A DNA stretch of 64,000 nucleotides from positions 124,001 to 188,000 of the forward strand of contig MU053319.1 in assembly GCA_013239625.1 (NCBI GenBank). Reading direction: 5' to 3'. The notes under the pieces were generated by a model. It did not search any database. It was not told the DNA's origin and worked only from the letters and a program-made list of their open reading frames with translations. This document shows positions 13,436 to 24,693 of the stretch, piece after piece; position 1 is the first letter of the stretch, and the number at the start of each line of letters is the position of its first letter. Origin of the DNA: Lama guanicoe. Taxonomy: Eukaryota. Both the position numbers and the translations under genes were made by a program.

Positions 13436-15489
13436 ATTTTTATCTGTGACATCTTGTCTGAGGCATTTTTTGGCTTTGGGATTTGTGCTGGAAGGAAAAT
13501 GTGTGTGGGAAGTGACTATTGTCCAGCTACAGGCTTTCCATTACCTTCCACCTCTTTGTCTTTAGGGCCGCATTCACTTTGATGACCCCAAGGTTTGTAG
13601 AGTAAGGCTATTCTGGTTTGTGCCCCTCTTTGGACATTTCTCAGCTGTAGTTTCCTCTCCTTTTCTGAACCAGTCCCTACTCCTTCACCAGATCGCTAAC
13701 ATTTCATAAAATCTTTCACACACCATTGACCCTTCCTTCACTTCCTATTTCTACATCTTTATTCTTAGTACAAAGAGTTTTTGAACCCAGGAGTAGATAC
13801 CATTCTATGCTTAACCTACCATAATAAAACAAAAGCTTGTTCTAAAAATTTTAACTTCTTAAATATTACCGAGTCCACTGAAACAGAAATCTAACAGCTT
13901 TATATCCGAAATCAGTATCAAAATTCAAAGAGGTATTTTTAAAATAAGAAAAAAAAATCCAGAGACATATTAAGAATTCATATATGAGACATATTTTAAT
14001 GCAATTTTCATAAATGAATTTAAATTCTAAACTCTTGTACATAGCACAGATGTAAGTTGTGTTAAAATCAACTATTTTTGTGACTACCATGTTTAAATTC
14101 TTTAGTACTTCTTTACTATTGAGGTCTCCGCCAAGTAGCGGCTTGTCATTAAATGGGTATTTGCTACGGATTCACAAAAGGTAATGGGGAGCTGGATTCG
14201 CCTTGTTCATGATGACTAGATAAAGAAAGAGATCAACATATAAACAGTCTGTGAAGTCCAGAGGACCACCTGTAAGTCCAGGTTTGGGCATTTGTTAACT
14301 TGGACAATTTTCTCAGTATCTCAAGTCATTCTTCATCTAGAGAATGGGTTTGAAATAACACCTATTCACAGGACATCCTTGAAAAATAGGATGCTGCTCC
14401 CACACTGAAGGGTCATTTTGAGGATTACAGATGATACAGATCTAGGATTTAAAACAGTGCTCTTATTTCCACCACCTACACCATCATCACATGGCTGTCT
14501 GTTCTCTCTAGAACAGACTATACTATTGAAAAGCTGAATCCAAACCTCATTGTGTTATTGGACCACCTTCCCACACAGTGGCTGCCCTGGTACCTCTTTC
14601 TTCCATCTCACCTCAAAATATTTAAAGTCACTTTTACCTTTACGTTTCGAAACAATACTGCATTTAGAATAGTCCACATTTGAATCACCACCAATGGCAA
14701 CGGAATCAATGGTTGTCTTTATTGTCTTTAAAAATAACTGAAATCTACAGAAAGCTGTTTCCGTTCTAACTTGTACTGTTCCTACATTTCACTGAATTTT
14801 AAGTGTGCCCTTCCTGAATTGCTGCCATATCATTTTTCCTTCAGTAAGAAGTAGAACAAACTTCACCACAACTGCCTTTAAGAGCTTTCTAACATTTTAT
14901 CTTAACAACTTGATCTAAAAGAAAAAATTCATTATTTCCACTCTCGGGTTTTCTTATAAGTGGAAACACAGTTCAGTTGAATAGAAATTGAGTTATCTAG
15001 GATGAGCTGCACTGGCTTTCAGCCAAAATGGACAAACAACTCCAATTTTACCGAGTCATGATTTTTTTTCAACCTGCTTGCTTGTAAAGCTTATTTTGAT
15101 TATAATATAAAATGCTGGCTGGCCTACAAGATGTAACTCTTACCTACTTTCCTTTTCAAAGGATGTGCCTTTGTACGCACAGTCCCCTCTTCCTGGGCTG
15201 TCCTTCCCATTGCGTCCACCTTAGAGCACCTCCCCATTCCTCGGACCCCACTCACTGTTACCTCTGACGTTTCCTCTTTAAATTACTGAGTCCCACTTAG
15301 TTACACACTCCTCTCGGCTCCTTCAGAATTTCTTTCCTACCTCCGCTACAGCCCTTACCGTACATAGCAATCACCAAAGGCCAACCCCACCCACCGAATA
15401 GGTCACCATACTGTTATGCTCAGTAAATGTCTGTTGAAAGGATGTAACGAGTCATCCCATTGGAGGACACCAGCTACTTTTATTTTTTG

Positions 15490-16115
15490 CTCAAATCCCC
15501 TCCTATGAGAGAACCATGCTCAGAATCACACATATCCTCAGATACCTATGGGGTGATACAAACTTTGGCTCCAAAGATGAATGTATAGCCCAGAAATGGA
15601 CAGGCAGGAAACTCAAGCACTTCGTCCCCTTGACCACTATGATTACATCAGGAATGGGCATGTGACTCTTGTGGTCCAAGGAGGGTCATCCCTGGGATGC
15701 TGGCAAGGAGAAGTTGGAGATAGAATCTGAAAATGAATATATGTATGTACATGCATGACTAGGACACTGTGCTGTACACCAGAAATCGACACATTGTGAC
15801 TGACGGTACTTCAGTTAAAAAAAAGGGGAGGTTGGAGAGAGACACACTTTCTTTTCTCTTGAACCCCCAGTAAGAGTTGATGTAATCCTAGAGTTGATGA
15901 CAGCCATCTTTCCCACCACATGGGAGAACTCACCAGAATGAAATTAATCTAGACAAAATCAGAGCTAAATAACAGCTCAGGACAAACTTCTACTGACATC
16001 ATTTGAGTCTTAACTCCAGATGTGCCTAAAGTTCATTCTTATCTTCTCCAGTTACATGAGCTTCTTGGTTTTCTTAAGCTCATTTGAGTGTCATTTCTGC
16101 CAGTGGTAATCAAAT
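15490..16115 (+). mobile_element. MLT1-type (ERVL-MaLR) LTR interrupted by an L1 fragment
   Basis: GGAATGGGCATGTGACTC...CAGCCATCTTTCCCACCACATGG...CCAGTTACATGAGC. Confidence 0.7.
15721..15822 (+). mobile_element. About 100-bp L1 3' tip with TSD
   Basis: TSD AAGGAGAAGTTGGAGA (15705-15720) / AAGGGGAGGTTGGAGA (15823-15838). Confidence 0.9.
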
Positions 16116-16449
16116 CAATCTTGGGAAAACATAATTATTCTCTCAAATAAGGGTGTGAGTGTTCAACCCGTGGAGTGAAACACACTGTTACTGGCCACAC
16201 AGGTACCTGGCCTCGGATGCAGTAGCTTGCTGCTGTAAGCAACAAGCCAACTCACCACCAACTATTTCTACAGGAACAAAGAAATGGTAAAAAAATATTT
16301 CCTCCCTCTTTCGAAATCCTCTGATACAGTTTGCTTACAAGATTAAAAGTACATGCTCATATGCAAAAACAAATCTATTGTGATTTTTCTCATCGTTAAG
16401 TTGACAAATGAAAGCAAGCACATGGAAAACCTACATCATGAAAGGTATT

Positions 16450-16595
16450 TTTATGTGTTTTTGTTTGGGGAGGGGGAGGTAATTAGGTTTATTTATTTAC
16501 TAATTTATTTTTTAATTTAATGGAGGTACTGGGGATTGAACCCAGGACCTTGGGCATGCTAAGCATGTGCTCTAACAGGGAGCTATACCCTCCCC
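16450..16595 (-). mobile_element. tRNA-Ala-derived camelid-type SINE
   Basis: Reverse complement GGGGAGGGTATAGCTC...AGCACATGCTTAGCATGC...GTCCTGGGTTCAATCCCCAGTACCTCC...AAACCTAATTACCTCCCC. Confidence 0.9.
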
Positions 16596-16704
16596 ATTAT
16601 TTTAAAAAAATAACTATTTCTTGAAGGGGGTTTTTGGATATCTGATAACATGAAAGTAAACCGTGCTTACATGCTGAAACCCCAAACATGAGACTCTATT
16701 ACGT

Positions 16705-16860
16705 ACATTTTTGAACTTTAATGTGCACAGCAGTCATCTGAAAGCATTTATTAAATATCAGGATGCAAAGGATACCATCCCAAAGATTCTGAGTCACTGT
16801 GCCACAGTGGGGCCAGGAATCTAAATTTTAAACAAGCACCTCAGGTCAGTCTGAATGAAA
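16705..16860. mobile_element. MER5-like DNA transposon
   Basis: AGATTCTGA...GTGGGGCCAGGAATCTAAATTTTAAACAAGCACCTCAGGT. Confidence 0.7.
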
Positions 16861-17939
16861 TGGCGCCTTGCTCTCTGAGGTAAAGGGAATCATAAAAGGC
16901 GATGAAGCTCAGAACTCACTCCTTCCTTACAAGGTGAGCGATGGCGCTAGCTTTCACCAAAGGAAATAGTAAAAAGAGAAAGTGTTAGAAATTCAGGGTG
17001 TTATTTTCTTAGAAAGCATTGGACAAAAAAGATATTGAAGGCTTCTTTTGACCAGAAAAATATGAACTCCAGGTCCATTCCTTTCTCATTTAGAAACTAG
17101 TTTGTTACTTTATTTTCTACTAAATGGGACACGAAAAATTGCTTAGAAGTAATATGGCTTCCTGACCCTTACATCCAAGGCATAAAATGGGGCACTTTCT
17201 TGAAACATAAAATGGTAGATTTCAGAGGAAACTTACAGGTCATTTAACCCAGCCATTATTAACAGATGTGTGACTCTTTTCTGCACTAGTCCCTAAAAGT
17301 GGGCATTCAGTCATTGCTTGAACACCTCCAATGACCCAGAACTCATTACTTCATGAAAATGCACTTACTTCCTGTTATGGTAAAAGTTTGTGTTTTGGTT
17401 GGTTGGTTAGTGATTGATTGGTTTTTCCCTACCTAGTGGTAGGTCTGCTTGCTCTGTCCACAGACACAGAATATAGCCTTCCTATTTGAAAGGTTATCAA
17501 GACACCCTCGGAATTCTCTCTTTTCCAGATTAAATCACCAGCTTCTTCAGCTGTTTCTTTTCTGCCTCAGTTTCCAGAGACTTTCCCCACCTGATAACCC
17601 TCTGTCCCTTCTTCCCATATTTGTTCAACCTGTCCCTTGAGCCGGGGGATTGAAGGAATGCGGTAAACATGTTATTCTGATTTTCCATAACTGATTCAGG
17701 AGGATTAAGGGTCCTATTAACAAGCCCTCTGGGTGCATCATAGTCTCAGCAGAGGATAAGAACACTTTCTTTAACAAGAGCAATGAACAACAGGGAAGTG
17801 GCAATACCCTATTCTACCCCTGCCTGCAGGCTTAGGCTAGTGAGAACACCAAGTGACCCCTCACCTGAGGTGGTGATGTCGGTGCGTCTCCTAACTCCCT
17901 GGACCTGGGATCTGTCTCCTCGGGGCCCCCGATCCCAGG

Positions 17940-18145
17940 TGCTCCTTTAAAAGGCAGGAGGTGGAGCTGGGCGTGGGCATGTTAGTCCTCCCGTCCTCGG
18001 GTCCAGCTGCTCCTCCTGCCCCGCCCCCGTCATGCACGTCCCACTCTCCTTCCTCACAGCAGCCTCACCCAGATGGAGACATCAGAAGCGGACGCCTGCT
18101 TCCCATTGGCTCGCTCACTTTCCTGTTGGCAGCGAGTCACTGATT
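17940..18145 (-). promoter_or_regulatory. Putative Pol II promoter
   Basis: TATA-like TTTTAAA (17952-17946); GC boxes GGGCGTGG (about 17969) and CCCCGCCCCC (about 18019-18028); CCAAT (ATTGG about 18105); ETS-like CTTTCCTG and AP-1-like GAGTCA (about 18118-18139); locally CpG-rich; strong donor at 17865. Confidence 0.55.
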
Positions 18146-18204
18146 TTGATTAGATCAGTTTGTGTCTTGGTCCGTGAGACCATTTTTTTTTTTAATACAA
18201 GGAA

Positions 18205-18340
18205 GGTAGGGGGGTGTGGCTCAGCAGTAGAGCACATGCTTAGCATGCACAAGGTCCTGGGTTCCATCCCCAGTCCCTCCATTAAATGAATAAATACCTA
18301 ATTATCTTCTTAAAAATTAAAAAAATTAATCTTTTTTTTA
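18205..18340 (+). mobile_element. tRNA-Ala-derived camelid-type SINE
   Basis: GGCTCAGCAGTAGAGCACATGCTTAGCATGCACAAGGTCCTGGGTTCCATCCCCAG...ACCTAATTA. Confidence 0.9.
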
Positions 18341-19593
18341 AAAAGGAAGAGAGCATTTGGGGAAGTCACAATTGCTGTCTGGAACCAGGTTGTTACTTTT
18401 GTTTTAATTTTTGGGGTTTTCTTTCTTTCCTTTTTTTTTTCAGTCCTTGTGAAAAAAAAAATTGACATTTTCTTGTCCTTAATTTATCCCCCAAAGCACA
18501 AGAATTATAAAGAAGCCCCTCACCCACTTCCTTCAACAGTTCCAGCCTTAGATTTGCTTTCCAGGCTGGTGGGAACTTCCACGGGCCTCAGAAGAGGCCC
18601 TCGTCAGGCAGAGTCCACAGCACCCGGCGCCTACGTGTAGTCTGGCCTTTACCACTGAGAATATTTGCATGAGATAAAGTGGTCAGCGCTTCAGGAGAAG
18701 GACAGATAAACTGTTCTGAGAATACGAAAAAGAAGAAATTGTTTCGGGGTAAAGTAAAGAAAGAAATGGTTGAGGTTTCAGAGAAAGAAGGACAAGAGAC
18801 TCCAGGAAGGAGGGAGCTGGGGAGCTCTGCCCAGTGAGGTGGCTTCATTCTTCATCCAATACTGGACACCAGGAAATAAAGTAATACAGTGACATAAAAT
18901 CAGTCAAGAAATACCTCCTGGGTCCTGAATATTCTTTTTTAAAAAGATTTACTGGCCATGCTATTAAATGATGTGATCAATTATTTCTACTTTGGGGGGG
19001 ATACAATCAGTGAAGTCAGTTCATAATGCAAATAAACTATTCTTTTCCAACTAGAGAGGCCTGAAAAGGAAGACCCCACTGCGCTACTTTTAGGAGCCAT
19101 ATAATATGCTACCAATAATTTGTTCTTTTTTTTTTTTATTCCAGCATTGGAAGATTGATATAACATTCCAAAATCAATCAGTGTCATTCACCAAGTTAAG
19201 AAAACAGGGGAGAAAAACCAACTAATTCATGAATAGATGTAGCAAAAATCATTTAACAAATTTTAACACTTATCCCATCTTTTAACTTGGTAGAGTATTT
19301 ATGAAAAACCTATAGCTAACATAATTTTTTTCTTTGGCCAAAAAAATCTTTTAATACGAAAAATATAGCCATTATTATTTTTTAAATTTACGTATGTGTC
19401 CTGTTCATTGTTCCTAAGAACAGTTTAGAGCTTTAGCTTTGGAAACTTACACAGTTATCAAAGGAATAAAGCCAACCACAAAATAATCAACAGAAGGCAG
19501 TAATCCAACCATAAAGGGCAGTCAGATGTGGTCACACGTATTCAAGAAGTCAGTCATCTGAGTTATAAATAATAAGTAGTTCATTTTGTGCCC

Positions 19594-19678
19594 TTTTTTT
19601 TTTTAGATTCCACATATAAGCGATATCTTATGGCATTTTCCTTTCTCTTTCTTTCTTACATCACTTAGAATGATGATC
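19594..19678 (-). mobile_element. Short L1 fragment ending at the internal A-tract
   Basis: poly-T followed by AGATTCCACATATAAGCGATATC...TCACTTAGAATGATGATC. Confidence 0.8.
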
Positions 19679-20762
19679 AATTTGCTCTTCACTAAAATAG
19701 TATGATTCTGACTAGGCAGATAAGATAACATAACGTGGGAGAAATTTTAAACTACCAAGTACCATAGTATATGACCCCAGTAAAGTTTGCAAGCATAGGC
19801 TTATGGCTTACTTGCTAATATTTCTCAAGTTTTTATTTTATGGGAAAAACTCTTGAGAATACTTCATGATAATCATTATCACCACTTACTACACTGCTGA
19901 CTTAGCATCCAGTCTCTGCCTGCACTCATATGTATGTGTGCACAAGCACATAAAATATACATGTACAATATTATTTGACTAACTGGTAAAGCATGATAGT
20001 GTCTAGTGGAATAATTACCAAGCAACTAGACACTGGTTGTTTAGGATTCACTGGTTTAAAAATAGCAATTTCTGTTTTCTTGCCACAGCCCCGTTAAAAA
20101 TTTCTTGCCTTACATACTAGTTCCAATAATGGATAAAAATAGCAACCTTGTTTTATCCTTGTGCCCTTCCATCTGCTCTTTTCTTTATGTTGGCCATAAA
20201 ATTTACCCACTTGAAAACTAAGACTTACCTAAAATAAGGTTTGGCACAGAAGCAATGGTGAGAGTTCACATTTCCTGAGTATTAACTGTTCAAGGGAGTT
20301 CGTGTTTTTACTCACTAGTCCTCTTAACGTTCCTTCACGGCAGGCACCTCGACTATCTCCATTTTTTGGGAAACTGAGATATGCAAAGGTTAGTCAGTTT
20401 GCCCACATCGTGCAGCTAATAAGTGGTGAAGAGTTTGGCTCTGTGATGCGGACCACTGTTCTGTGTGTGTACGTGCATATGTGCGGGCATAAGGCAACAC
20501 AATACATCAGAACCAGCAGCTCTCATCCGTGATACACACCTGCCAACAATGTGGTCCAGAAGTGAACTCGTGGGAAAGAGACGAAGTTTCAGAATAAGCT
20601 GTATTTTTGAGGGTCACTGCTGTCGAGTTCTTCATTACATAGGAACTGCTAAAATGTTCTCTTTTGTCTTTTTGTGGTCGGCACTGAGCACAAAGCCTGG
20701 GCTACTCTGTGCAAGGGTCTGATTTCTATGTTGTGTGTTTCCCAAAGGATCAACAAACCTGG

Positions 20763-20909
20763 GGTAGGGGGAACAGCTCAGTGGTAGAGCATGTGCTTAG
20801 CATGCATGAGGTCCTGGGTTCAATCCCCAGCACATCCATTAAAATAGATAAATAAACAAACAAAGCTAATTACCCCTCCCCCTCAAAAACAAAACAAAAC
20901 AAAACAAAT
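20763..20909 (+). mobile_element. tRNA-Ala-derived SINE with 15-bp TSD
   Basis: AGCTCAGTGGTAGAGC (A box), GGGTTCAATCCC (B box), (CAAAA)n tail; TSD GATCAACAAACCTGG 20748-20762 / GATCAAGAAACCTGG 20910-20924. Confidence 0.93.
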
Positions 20910-21842
20910 GATCAAGAAACCTGGATATTCCACTCTCCTGAGCATGTTCATGGTTTCCTACCATCTTTATTCTTCCTGTAGACTGGAATCCACTCCCTTT
21001 TGCTAAAATTCTTTCCAACAAAACTCATTTCAAGCAACACCTTCCCCATGAAGCCTTTAATGAAAATGCTTCTTCCATCCCCTCTCCTGTCCCTTTTTGA
21101 CCCTTGCTTACTTCCCTCCTTCTTCCTTACTTTCCATAGTATATTCCACTTCTATGGTGCTTACATCTTTCTTTCCATTATAACTACTTTTGTATTTATC
21201 CTGCTTTAAATGAAATGACAAAGCTTCTATCTGGCTCACCTTTGTGTTTAGTGTAGCATGTGGTATAATGCTTCACCCATATTTAGTACTTGATACACAT
21301 TGATTAATTGGGATTCCACCAACATTCACATTTTGAGGGGACCTGGGAAGTCATCTCCAAACCTCAGATAATCCTAAACCATCGGATGCAGCGATGAATC
21401 CAACTGGATTCTAACCATCCTTTACTCTACCTGAGGAATGGAGATTTGTGTGAAGGTGGCTAAGAATTTTGGCTTTTCTTTCTCTTTTCCCCTTTGAGAA
21501 ATCTGTACTGGTACAACATACATTTCTCAAGTGTTCCCAGAGGCGAATTTAGTGACCAATAATAGAATAGCATCAGACCCATCAAGGCGGAGTGAGTGAG
21601 CGTGGTATTTAGGATCAGACACACCTAAATTTGTAAACGTCACCCACCAATATCAGAGGGAAAAGTCTGACAAATTGCATAACCTGTCCATCCTCCAGTT
21701 TCCACATCTGACATCTGAGGAAAATACCTTAGAGAGTTGTTATGAGGGTTAAAGTTTAAAAAAAAATCAACCAATAATATATCAGTCATTAAATGTGAAT
21801 ATTAACATCTTAAAATTTAAATGTTTGAAAACCTTGTCCCTA

Positions 21843-23100
21843 GATTTCTGGTTCAAGATGGGTAACTGAGTATATGTATTTATTGACACTGTACCTCCCC
21901 AGAATGATAGTAAATCACTTTTAAGGCTGAAACATCCAAGAGCAAGTAGAATGAAGGTGGAGTCACCAGCAGACTTGAGATTTCAAAACAGAGAAAGCAA
22001 AGGAGGAGGACTGACAGGGGCTAAGGAGAGGAACCAGGGGACAGAATAATTAAAATATGTGCAGAAGAGGGCAAGGTCCAAGGGAGATCCAGCTTAAGCT
22101 ACAGATCCTGGGAGAGGACCTAGAGTCAGAGGAAATGATAAAGGGCAAGTGGGCAGAGGGTGTGCAAAGGGGAACTCCATCCACGCCCTGAGGGAGGACG
22201 CTGACCTTCGAACCCCTACAGCTGCAGACTCATCAGTTCAGTGCCAGCTTAGACTCAGGCACATGTGAGTCCAGGAAGTTCCTTGAAAACGTCCTCCAGT
22301 AAAACACAGAAATGAAACATGAGGGGGAAATAGGGGATTCAGAAAATCAAGGAGGAGAATCAGAAGAGCAGTGGGGGAGAGAACCACAGCGATGGGTGGC
22401 GGCAACAGGACCAGACACGAAGCCACAGACTCCAGAGGAGGAGGTGAAGAAAGGGGAAAACACGGGCTGCGTGGCATGATTGATAACCTCGAAACCGAAG
22501 GATGCAAAAAAAGACAGAGTGCTAGGCAAAATCTCAGTGATGAGAAAACCAAATTCAAATAAAATGGTATTTGAAATATGAAACAACCATTAATCCAAAT
22601 TCAAAGGGGAGACAAATGAGTTTCAAGAAGAAAGATGCAAGGGGGGTTTAAGCAAGAGTCAGAATGAGCAAGAAGCTGATGGCATTAGGTTTTGGCGACA
22701 AGGATTTAGGATTCTTTTGCCAAGAAGAAAACAGCAGAGTAAACCAACATGGGGATTCGAAGCAGGAGGCACAGTCTAACTATGGGGGAAAGTCTAAGGT
22801 GGAATCATTAATGGAGAATGGGAAAAACCCACGTGAAGTGTCATCTTTGAAACAGAAGTAGTGACATTGGAACCCACTGAGAAAGAAAAGGAACTCTAGC
22901 AGACCACTTGCATTGAAATGAGGAATAGTCCCAAGGTCATAACGATAAAATAGCCATAATAATATAAATGGCAGTTACTAGACTTCCACTTTGAAGATCA
23001 GCCAATTAAAAAATATAGAAACATTCCTCATAGTTACAAAACAGCACGTGTTTTCAAACTTGCCAGTTTAAAACTAGATTGATGTAAGTGGGAAGCTCAA
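21843..23100 (+). mobile_element. Ancient L1M/HAL1-like remnant (appears to continue 24347-24620)
   Basis: Starts GATTTCTGGTTCAAGATGG (old L1 5'-like); purine-rich decayed body. Confidence 0.45.
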
Positions 23101-23326
23101 GTGTTACAAAACCAAACCAAACTTGGGTCTACTCACCTGCCTGCAGCAAAGCCAATCTACTTATACCCGTTTTCATATTCTTTACTTCAATTTTTGTTTT
23201 TAAGCCGATCTACTGATACCGGGTTGTGGCGAAGGCAGCGCATCTTGTTTATTGAAGGTGCCAAACAAGGAGTGTGGGTCACTGATGCTTGAAAGACCTG
23301 AACTCCCCAGTGGCTTTCAGGGAAGC

Positions 23327-23461
23327 CTTGTTTGTTTGCTTGTTTGTTTTTTGAGGGGGAGGTAATTAGATTTATTTATTTTGGGGGGAGGCACTGGGGA
23401 TGGAACCCAGGACCTTGTGCCTGCTAAGCACATGCTCCACAACTTGAGCTATGCCCTCCCC
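23327..23461 (-). mobile_element. tRNA-Ala-derived SINE nested in the LTR
   Basis: TSD TTCAGGGAAGC (about 23316) / TTCGGGGAAGC (23462). Confidence 0.9.
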
Positions 23462-23843
23462 TTCGGGGAAGCATTTTCAAAGGCAAAGTGAGGGAGGGGA
23501 GCTGCAGGGTATGTGCTCAGCTCACGCACAACTCTCTGGTTGATGGTGAGGTCACAGGGCGGTGTCACAGGGGTTAACATTGTCAGCTCTCAGGCTCCAG
23601 CTGGTCTGGGGGATATGAGTTCATGGCCATCATGCAGTTAATTTTTCCATCTGGTGGGGGTTTTAGTATCTGCAAAATAACTCAGGAATGTGCATCAGAC
23701 ACTGTTATCTAAGTCCTTCAGGGAGGAATGAAAGATTCTGTGACTGTCATATGACTCGTCAACTGTTTAAACTGTCACCAGCTCTCCTAACTCAATTGCT
23801 ATTTTTTGTCACTACATGTTCACATCCTTTCAAACATTCATTC

Positions 23844-24220
23844 TTTTTTTTAAATTGAAATATAATCAGTTTACAATGCTGTGTCAATTTCTGGTGGACA
23901 GCACAGTGCTTCAGTCATAAATATACATACAGAGATTCCTTTTCATATTCCTTTCATTATAGGTTACCACAAGATACTGAATACAGTTCCCTGTGCTATG
24001 CAGAAGAAATTTGTTGTTTATCTCTTTTATATATTGTAGTTATTATCTGCAAATCTCAAACTCCCAATTTACCCTTCCCACCCTCTTCCCCCACTGGTCA
24101 CTATAAGTTTGTTTTCTACATCTGTGAATCAGTTTCTGTTTTGTAAATAAGTCCATTTGTCTTTATATATACATGTTCCACTTATAAGTGTTCTCTTTCT
24201 CTTACTGGCTTACTTCACTT
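23844..24220 (-). mobile_element. Young L1 3' UTR nested in the LTR
   Basis: poly-T followed by AATTGAAATATAATCAGTTTACAATG...CTGGCTTACTTCACTT. Confidence 0.9.
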
Positions 24221-24693
24221 CTTGAGCCAGACTTTTGTGACTCAGGGGAGGCCTGAGAGACTCCAGCTTTTCTATAAACAAAAGGCAGATGGAGGACAAA
24301 GGGGAGCCTGTCCCAGGAAGGTCCCATAGGATCCTGCTCAGTTATGGAAGGAGCAAAGGAGAGGGAAAAGGATGGGTAGAGGCACTAATTTTCTTATCTG
24401 ATAAAGTGAGTAGTCAAGAGATATTGACTCTAATTTACAGAATAAGAGATCAAGGTTAAGTGCGGTACATATATGATGTATACTACTGATTGCATAGGTA
24501 AACCACTGAGGAACTAAAACAGTAACATGAGGCAAAGCGGCTAAGTAAAGTTGGGGGAATGGAAAGTGAGCTGAATCTGATGGGGTTTTTTGTTTGTTTT
24601 TCAGATTTAAAATGCGTAATAGAAAATGCTTTATATAAATCAATATATTACAGTTTTTTTTTAATTTACTAATTTTATTCATTTACTCAGTTC

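Larger units (their letters stand above)
1352..17920 (-). other. Candidate multi-exon transcript (lncRNA or lineage-specific small gene); not recognised
   Basis: Minus-strand GT-AG exon candidates: first exon ending 17865 (CAG|GTGAGG), 16267-16256, about 14725-14638, 9590-9553, 6062-5978, 4719-4664, 2765-2678, terminal exon from 1612 (CCTAAT...TTTTCTTTTCAG acceptor) with AATAAA at 1357-1352. Inferred from splice signals only. Confidence 0.35.
23102..24346 (-). mobile_element. Solo ERV LTR carrying three nested insertions
   Basis: TG start, reverse AATAAA at about 23248, GAAAGACCTGAACTCCCCAGTGGCTTTCAGGGAAG motif; sequence resumes across the SINE and L1 inserts. Confidence 0.75.

Noticed and set aside
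20763..20840. tRNA-Ala-like sequences (five copies)
   Set aside because: They carry the shared SINE tail, TSDs and mutations, so they are SINE heads rather than tRNA genes.
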